Part shown: positions 63,848 to 64,000 of the stretch, in pieces | How the letters are laid out: each line of letters starts with the position of its first letter | Position numbering within the stretch: position 1 is the first letter of the stretch | From: Eledone cirrhosa | Lineage: Eukaryota | NCBI GenBank assembly: GCA_964016885.1 | Contig: OZ024744.1 | Coordinates: 121,582,001-121,646,000 of the forward strand | Direction: 5' to 3' | DNA length: 64,000 nt | The notes under the pieces: model-generated | Database searches by the model: none | What the model was told of the DNA's origin: nothing | What the model saw: the letters and a program-made list of their open reading frames with translations, nothing else | Made by a program: the position numbers and the translations under genes

Positions 63848-64000
63848 GTTGTTTGTTTTTTTTGTTTAAAATAAATATTGGGCACAAAACCCCAATAAGC
63901 AGTTATTTAACCCCGAAGGGCCAAATAACGGGCAGAAAGACCCCTCTCACGAGGAGGAGGGTGTTTTTGTCTACAAGTTGGTAAAAGTTTTAAACAATTT

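Larger units (their letters stand above)
58022..64000 (-). mobile_element. L1/Tx1-like LINE copy B, essentially full length
   Basis: ORF1, ORF2 and a 3' UTR ending in AATAAA followed by (ATT)n. The 5' UTR may extend beyond the window. Confidence 0.93.

Overview
Eukaryotic, repeat-saturated window with no recognisable host gene. The SINE and RTE-like sequences resemble repeats I recall from octopus/cephalopod genomes; this is unverified inference. Layout: (1) 1-9950 is a 90/83-bp satellite with ~0.74-1.0 kb higher-order units. Its monomer translates to a decayed copy of the RTE-LINE 'RRLRWxGHV' C-terminal motif. (2) 10-19.7 kb is an island of microsatellites, a 1.2-kb palindrome, two Penelope-like GIY-YIG fragments, three minimal hammerhead-ribozyme motifs, two tRNA-type SINEs and LINE tails. 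(3) 19.8-47.1 kb is a 48-bp satellite with ~5.8 kb and ~2 kb block duplications. It starts just after an RTE stop codon, and its monomer matches an RTE/SINE tail piece at 19.3 kb. (4) 47.1-64 kb is a stack of LINEs: CR1/L2-group, two R4/Dong-like 3' ends, an RTE/BovB-like element and two tandem L1/Tx1-like elements, the last nearly full length. The most interesting signals are the two LINE-born satellites lying collinear with one RTE 3' end, and the hammerhead set sharing a non-canonical stem II base.
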